Virus record (IMG/VR): IMGVR_UViG_2541047882_000001 | Coordinates: 1 to 11,053 of that record | DNA: 11,053 bases | Source: a virus | Lineage: Duplodnaviria; Heunggongvirae; Uroviricota; Caudoviricetes | Strand: one strand, 5' to 3' | Part shown: positions 7,043 through 11,053 of the stretch, in pieces | Layout of the letters: each line of letters begins with the position of its first letter | Position numbering within the stretch: position 1 is the stretch's first letter | Made by a program: the position numbers and the translations under genes | The notes under the pieces: model-generated | Database searches by the model: none | Told to the model about the DNA's origin: nothing | What the model saw: the letters and a program-made list of their open reading frames with translations, nothing else

Positions 7043-7139
7043 TGCTGGTATTCATGTGATAAGTTGAGACGTTCTGGACTTCCTGATGGCTGTAGCTCTG
7101 TTGTTGGGTAGTCCAGAAAAATTCGAAATAAAATGGGTA

Positions 7140-7661
7140 TCAAGTAGTGGTAATTGTATGGCTTTTGCGGGTTATATAAACGCTATTGGCGGGTACGTCT
7201 CTGTTAACGAATGACATTGCGCCAATTGTCACGTTATCACCAATGGTTAGATCATCACCGATGATGCACGAATTTGCACCAATCTCCACATTGTCTCCGA
7301 TCCTGATGGCTTTGATTCCCTCAACCGTTTTTAATCCAATTGTTGTGTTTTGTCGGATACGCACATTCTTACCAATCACAGCCTGGGGGCAAATGACTAT
7401 TCCAACGAAATGATAAATTTTGAATTTTTCCCCTATCTGTGCCCCCAACCCAATATCAGTATTGTATTTTGAAACAAGTCTCCTATGGATTCTTCGCGCC
7501 CATTTCACTCTTGCTCTCCCACCCTGGCAGTAAAGGCAATTCGCTATTCTCCACCAACACATGAACCTGTATCCGGGCTGTCTCCAGCAACGTAGTATGA
7601 TTCTTCTCCATGAGAATTTTTTACTGTTGCTCAGTATGTCCGCGCACAATAACTGCTTCAT
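7140..7661 (-). CDS. Hexapeptide-repeat (left-handed beta-helix) acetyltransferase, serine O-acetyltransferase CysE/WcaB-like
   Basis: 173 aa from ATG 7661, which has a GAGGAA SD immediately upstream (the track ORF offers an earlier Met at 7709). Tandem imperfect hexapeptide repeats IGKNVRIRQNTTIG, IGDNVEIGANSCIIGDDLTIGDNVTIGAMSFV, then DVPANSVYI. N-terminal RIANCLYCQG segment typical of the small SAT-like family. Lies in AT-rich DNA. Confidence 0.75.
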   Translation of the reverse strand: MKQLLCADILSNSKKFSWRRIILRCWRQPGYRFMCWWRIANCLYCQGGRARVKWARRIHRRLVSKYNTDIGLGAQIGEKFKIYHFVGIVICPQAVIGKNVRIRQNTTIGLKTVEGIKAIRIGDNVEIGANSCIIGDDLTIGDNVTIGAMSFVNRDVPANSVYITRKSHTITTT

Positions 7662-8481
7662 TTCCTCGTAGTGAGATATTTTGCTGCTGCTCATAAATTG
7701 TCCGTCCAAATAATCCTGACGGTTATCGTAACATGGGAATGGTCTGATTTTCTGCTAACAGCACAACACTAGGCTATGTGGTTCGGTCTGATAGTGGGCT
7801 TCTTCATCCAAAATGATTTAGTTGGGTTACCAACACAAATCTATTTCTCACATCGTCATAGGCGTCACCAGACGCATTTTAAACCCTTTAGTAACAAACC
7901 CTACCCCGCGCACCAAGTGTAAAAGATCCGAAGCGTGGCGTGGCGCTGGTAGGGTCATATGATGGCGAAATAAATCTTTCGCAGACAAAAACGGCGCTAC
8001 ACCGCACCCGCCTGCGGTTTCTGGATCTGGAAATTTTTTCAGTTTTATTTTTCTACAAACCAGACCGCCAGACCGCACCATTACTGGCGGCTTTGCAGAT
8101 AATCAGAACTGAAATGATTGAAAAGAATTTCAGTGTTTTTCACTTTCATGGATCTGTGGAGGATCGAATACAAAATGTAACCAGCAGAAAAATAAGGGGA
8201 AATAATTTTTTTGTGAGTGGGAAGGATCGTTTTTGTTTTCTGGTTGTTTTCGTCGTAGAAAAGCCGAGGCCAGATTTAGCAAGGCATAGGGACAATTAGA
8301 AGGTTCATAGAAAACTGAAAAAACTGCATGCATGTCGTGGAAACTAGCGAGCTAACAATTGCATCGAAATCTAATTTTAATCTTGGAACTTGAGAAAACT
8401 TTTGTCAAATTAGTTGTCGCTTTTTAGTTGTGGATAACCTTCCGATGTTTACTTGGCAGAGCTTACATTAAGGCATTCGAT

Positions 8482-9600
8482 ATGACTGAAAAATTCACCG
8501 CAATTTTGTTAGATACGAGTATCTACGATCAGTACGGATTAAAGCTTGAGAAAGGACTGCTGGGTAAGCTTTCCCAGTTCAGCAGAACCCCGACAACGTT
8601 TTTGATACCGGATGTAATTTACAATGAAGTTAAAAATCATCTTGAAAGAAAAATCAAGACATCACGTGGCTCCCTTGAGAAAGCTTTCGAAGAAGCTGGC
8701 GATCATCTTTTTTTTGATGGAAGCGAACTAAATGATGCAAGAAAAACATTGATTGAAAGCAGAGAAGTTGAAGGATTAGGAAAGAGCAGATTAGACAGAT
8801 TTGTTGGCGTAACAGATGCGAAGGTTCTAACTACAGGGGATTATGTTTCGGTACCTGAACTCCTTGAACGATACTTCTCTTCTGAAGCTCCTTTCGCAGA
8901 TACAGGTAAGAAAAAAAATGAGTTTCCCGATGCAATAACATTAATGGCCGTCCAAGCCTGGGCTAAAGAGAATGGTGAAAATGTTCTTGCTGTAGCAAGA
9001 GATGACGACTGGCAGAGATTTTGTATTGATGCTGAGAATTTGCACTATGAACCTGACTTATCAAACGCTTTAGCACACTTCAATGAAGAAACCGCACCTT
9101 ATGAACTAATTGATAACTTACAAAAAGCACTTGCTGAAGGACAAGCCGGTAAATTCTTGCATGATGTTGCTGTACACCTTGAGTCAACCTTTGAAGGATT
9201 TGCACCAGAACAAGAGGCAGATTCATATTTATACTGGGAGGCTGACGGATGCTCAGGTGGATTTGAAGATTTTGAGTTTACAGATAACCACTTCACTGTC
9301 ATCGACAAGGATGAAAACTGGGTTGTTATAGAAGCATTTGCAGACATTTCACTTTACGCAGAAGGTGATTTCTCCCTATCGGTTTACGATTCATTCGACA
9401 AAGACCATGCTTACATGGGGTCAATTACCAAGCGAGCCGAGGAAACATATACATCCAGAATACTTATCACAATCTCCGGAGACTTATCAGGTTCTATAGA
9501 TGATTTGACCGTTGACGATGTGGAAGTGATCGAGCGTCCAACGTCGATGGATTTTGGGGAGCTTGAATTAGAGTATGAGCCTGACGAGCAAGACTTGTAA
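8482..9600 (+). CDS. PIN-like nuclease domain protein (DUF4935-like N-terminus) with acidic C-terminal domain of unknown function
   Basis: 372 aa from ATG 8482 (AAGG SD 8 nt upstream; the track ORF begins at an upstream TTG). N-terminal ILLDTSIY (PIN Asp-Thr motif), FLIPDVIYNEV, then FPDAITLMAVQAW ... VLAVARDDDW acidic cluster. C-terminal ~170 aa highly acidic (EADGCSGGFEDFEFTDNHF ... DDLTVDDVEVIE ... EYEPDEQDL). AT-rich composition. Confidence 0.65.
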   Translation: MTEKFTAILLDTSIYDQYGLKLEKGLLGKLSQFSRTPTTFLIPDVIYNEVKNHLERKIKTSRGSLEKAFEEAGDHLFFDGSELNDARKTLIESREVEGLGKSRLDRFVGVTDAKVLTTGDYVSVPELLERYFSSEAPFADTGKKKNEFPDAITLMAVQAWAKENGENVLAVARDDDWQRFCIDAENLHYEPDLSNALAHFNEETAPYELIDNLQKALAEGQAGKFLHDVAVHLESTFEGFAPEQEADSYLYWEADGCSGGFEDFEFTDNHFTVIDKDENWVVIEAFADISLYAEGDFSLSVYDSFDKDHAYMGSITKRAEETYTSRILITISGDLSGSIDDLTVDDVEVIERPTSMDFGELELEYEPDEQDL

Positions 9601-9690
9601 CAACTATGATTAGGCACTATCGCTGTCGCCATTTTGTCGCCAACTCGATTGCAGTTTCGTTGTAACTAATTGAATTTAATCTTTTTTATT

Positions 9691-9724
9691 TTCAGGCAAC
9701 AAAAAACCCATCATCTTTAGAGCA
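9691..9724. terminator. Bidirectional intrinsic terminator between the convergent PIN-like and Abi-like genes
   Basis: A6 (9691..9696), perfect 8-bp stem CCCATCAT (9697..9704) / ATGATGGG (9714..9721) with a 9-nt loop, then TTT (9722..9724). The A-run and T-run flanks allow termination in both directions. Confidence 0.6.
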
Positions 9725-9743
9725 TGATGGGTTTATAACTTGC

Positions 9744-10553
9744 TTATTCTTTTTTTTCATCCCACGATTCAAGAATAAACATAGTTAGTGTATGTGCAGC
9801 ATTGATGGCTAATCGTGCGTGTCGGGGCTTGAGATTGTAAATTTTTCGTCCTGCGCCATGAGCTGAACTCGCATGAGTTCTTAGCGAGCCGATACCATCG
9901 GTGAGAGAATATAAGCCGCTCAAAATGCGTTTTAAGTCCTCATCTTCTACCGCTTTAGTGTCAAGACCTAAATGTTCACGAACGGTCTTCCACAAGCCCT
10001 GCAAATCCTGCTTCGCAGGAATCGGTAGGTTTTCATCTGCGATAAAAATTTTAAATGTTGATTCTAATATATTACAGGCTGCTGATACTGCTTCTCTTGG
10101 GTCAGTATGCAAGTTTTCTAAAGCTCTTGCGAATTCCATTTCTACTGCTGGAGTATTACGTTTCTGGATAGCTTCTTTCAAGGAAAGGGATGCTAGTGAT
10201 GCTCCATCAGTAATGTAACCGCCAGTCACATAGTTCAGCCCATAACGACCAAGTAGTTCCGGCATTTTTTTAACAAACTCGACTTTCTTTTTTTCCCACT
10301 CATAGTATGGATTGGCGGGTAACTCTGACTCCATATAGGTTTCGATTAAGCGACCAAGTAAAACTAATGGTTCATCAGATTCTTTATTAATACGCCTTAA
10401 CCATTCGAGAGCTTTAACGTGCTTAGATCCTTCGGGTGGTTCCCCTGGCGCATCAGCATAGGCAAACAAACTATCCAAACTAGCATGGGTTTCAGTGCTA
10501 GCAACGAAGTCAGCTACAACAGATATTACAGGTTGAGGTATTGGCCGTCCCAT
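9744..10553 (-). CDS. Abortive infection family protein (Abi_C-like C-terminal domain)
   Basis: 269 aa; ATG 10553 with GGAG SD 6 nt upstream. C-terminal LYSLTDGIGSLRTHASSAHGAGRKIYNLKPRHARLAINAAHTLTMFILESW matches my recollection of the Abi_C signature (R-x-x ... HG ... PRHARLA-x-NAA). AT-rich gene immediately downstream of ssrA. Confidence 0.55.
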   Translation of the reverse strand: MGRPIPQPVISVVADFVASTETHASLDSLFAYADAPGEPPEGSKHVKALEWLRRINKESDEPLVLLGRLIETYMESELPANPYYEWEKKKVEFVKKMPELLGRYGLNYVTGGYITDGASLASLSLKEAIQKRNTPAVEMEFARALENLHTDPREAVSAACNILESTFKIFIADENLPIPAKQDLQGLWKTVREHLGLDTKAVEDEDLKRILSGLYSLTDGIGSLRTHASSAHGAGRKIYNLKPRHARLAINAAHTLTMFILESWDEKKE

Positions 10554-10610
10554 ATCTACTCCATCAGCGGGTCAATTTTGAACTTAGTGGACGCAAAGTG
10601 GACATTGCAT

Positions 10611-10648
10611 AAAAAAAGGGACTACGTTTTCACGTAACCCCTTGTTTT
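10611..10648 (-). terminator. ssrA intrinsic terminator
   Basis: On the minus strand, about 10 nt after the encoded CCA end: GGGGTTACGT / ACGTAGTCCC imperfect 10-bp stem (8 pairs) with GAAA loop, followed by T7. Confidence 0.55.
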
Positions 10649-10651
10649 AAT

Positions 10652-11014
10652 TGGTGGAGCTGGCGGGAGTTGAACCCGCGTCCGAAATTCCTACATCCTC
10701 GGTACTACATGCTTAGTCAGTCTTTACATTCGCTTGCCAGCTGCGGACGGACACGCCACTAACAAACTAGCCTGATTAAGTTTTAACGCTTCAACCCCAG
10801 GCAGGGCTTCCACGCGATCTCTTTTGGGTTTGACCTCTCTTGATCCCCGTCCTAAGAGCGGAGGCTAGGGAGAGAGGGCTCTAAGCAGGTTATTAAGCTG
10901 CTAAAGCGTAGTTTTCGTCGTTTGCGACTATTTTTTGCGGCTTTTTACGAGGCCAACCGCCCCTCGGCATGCACCTTGGGTTTCGCAAATCCCGTCGAAT
11001 CCAGAATCAGCCCC
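10652..11014 (-). ncRNA. ssrA: tmRNA (transfer-messenger RNA, SsrA), 363 nt
   Basis: The reverse complement begins GGGGCTGATTCTGGATTCGACGGG and ends GGTTCAACTCCCGCCAGCTCCACCA (tRNA-Ala-like acceptor/T-arm with encoded CCA). Internal tag frame GCA AAC GAC GAA AAC TAC GCT TTA GCA GCT TAA encodes ANDENYALAA-stop (10925..10893). Matches enterobacterial ssrA as I recall it. Confidence 0.95.
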
Positions 11015-11020
11015 AATGTG

Positions 11021-11053
11021 TAAAGGTAAGTATACCAGATTTATGAGCGCCAT
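11021..11053 (-). promoter_or_regulatory. Probable ssrA promoter region (partial, runs off the window)
   Basis: TATACT -10-like hexamer on the minus strand (plus coordinates 11029..11034), about 15-20 nt upstream of the mature tmRNA 5' end. No -35 could be judged because the window ends. Confidence 0.3.

Noticed and set aside
7074-7116. Inverted repeat CTGGACT / AGTCCAG with 29-nt spacer downstream of the acetyltransferase stop
   Set aside because: Long loop and no U-tract on the relevant strand; not a convincing terminator. Possibly junction debris.
7186-7413. 75-aa plus-strand ORF inside the acetyltransferase gene
   Set aside because: Antisense to a gene with clear hexapeptide repeats; the translation mirrors those repeats, a known artefact.
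7662-7709. Upstream in-frame Met (7709) as the acetyltransferase start
   Set aside because: The GAGGAA Shine-Dalgarno directly precedes the ATG at 7661, and the 173-aa product fits SAT-like family size. The longer start cannot be excluded but is less supported.
7848-8333. ORFs 7848..8081 (-), 7940..8299 (+), 8130..8333 (-) in the AT-rich intergenic region
   Set aside because: Mutually overlapping, low-complexity translations without RBS; treated as noise, although the region itself is flagged as unexplained.
8428-8481. TTG-initiated 18-codon N-terminal extension of the PIN-like ORF
   Set aside because: The in-frame ATG at 8482 has an SD at the right spacing and the PIN motif begins right after it. 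The TTG start overlaps the putative promoter repeats.
9099-9632. ORFs 9099..9347 (-), 9110..9331 (+), 9411..9632 (-) overlapping the PIN-like gene
   Set aside because: Antisense or alternate-frame to the 372-codon gene; Ser-rich low-complexity products.
9901-10218. 105-aa plus-strand ORF inside the Abi-like gene
   Set aside because: Antisense to the longer ORF, which has a family signature and RBS.
10419-10637. 72-aa plus-strand ORF spanning the Abi start and the ssrA terminator
   Set aside because: Crosses an intergenic terminator hairpin and overlaps the Abi-like gene antisense; not plausible.
1-11053. CRISPR arrays, IS elements or transposases, tRNA genes
   Set aside because: I looked for regularly spaced direct repeats, terminal inverted repeats with transposase-like ORFs, and tRNA-like cloverleaf sequences and found none. 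The only RNA gene I can support is ssrA. A partial duplicate of the ssrA 3' end (att core) was also sought by eye and not found, but this manual scan is not exhaustive.

Overview
This window is the 3' flank of the tmRNA gene ssrA (minus strand, 10652..11014, tag ANDENYALAA) and carries a mosaic, clearly decayed P2/186-like prophage remnant plus AT-rich cargo genes. From left to right: an AT-rich gene for a 3-TM membrane protein of unknown function (1..1014, -) sits directly downstream of a P2/186-family tyrosine integrase (1021..2034, -) and a 186-type CI repressor (2034..2609, -). A divergent promoter/operator region with repeated TTGTC/GACAA half-sites follows, then Cox/Apl-like (2761..2949, +) and CII-like (2993..3496, +) regulators, a small unlisted ORF, and an apparent frameshifted M15-peptidase (endolysin) pseudogene. 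Next come overlapping LysB/LysC spanin genes, tail chaperone E with a textbook AAAAAAC -1 frameshift producing E+E-prime, and a probably truncated tape-measure gene T (5017..6864). The tail module then breaks off into AT-rich DNA carrying a CysE/WcaB-like hexapeptide acetyltransferase (7140..7661, -) and about 0.8 kb without convincing ORFs. Closest to ssrA are a PIN-like nuclease-domain protein with an acidic C-terminal domain (8482..9600, +) and an Abi_C-like abortive-infection family protein (9744..10553, -), convergent around a shared hairpin terminator. The best candidates for an undescribed phage-defence or exclusion function are the PIN-like/Abi pair at the ssrA flank and the membrane protein apparently co-transcribed with cI-int. 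All family assignments are from reading the translations and recalled family signatures; no database search was run.
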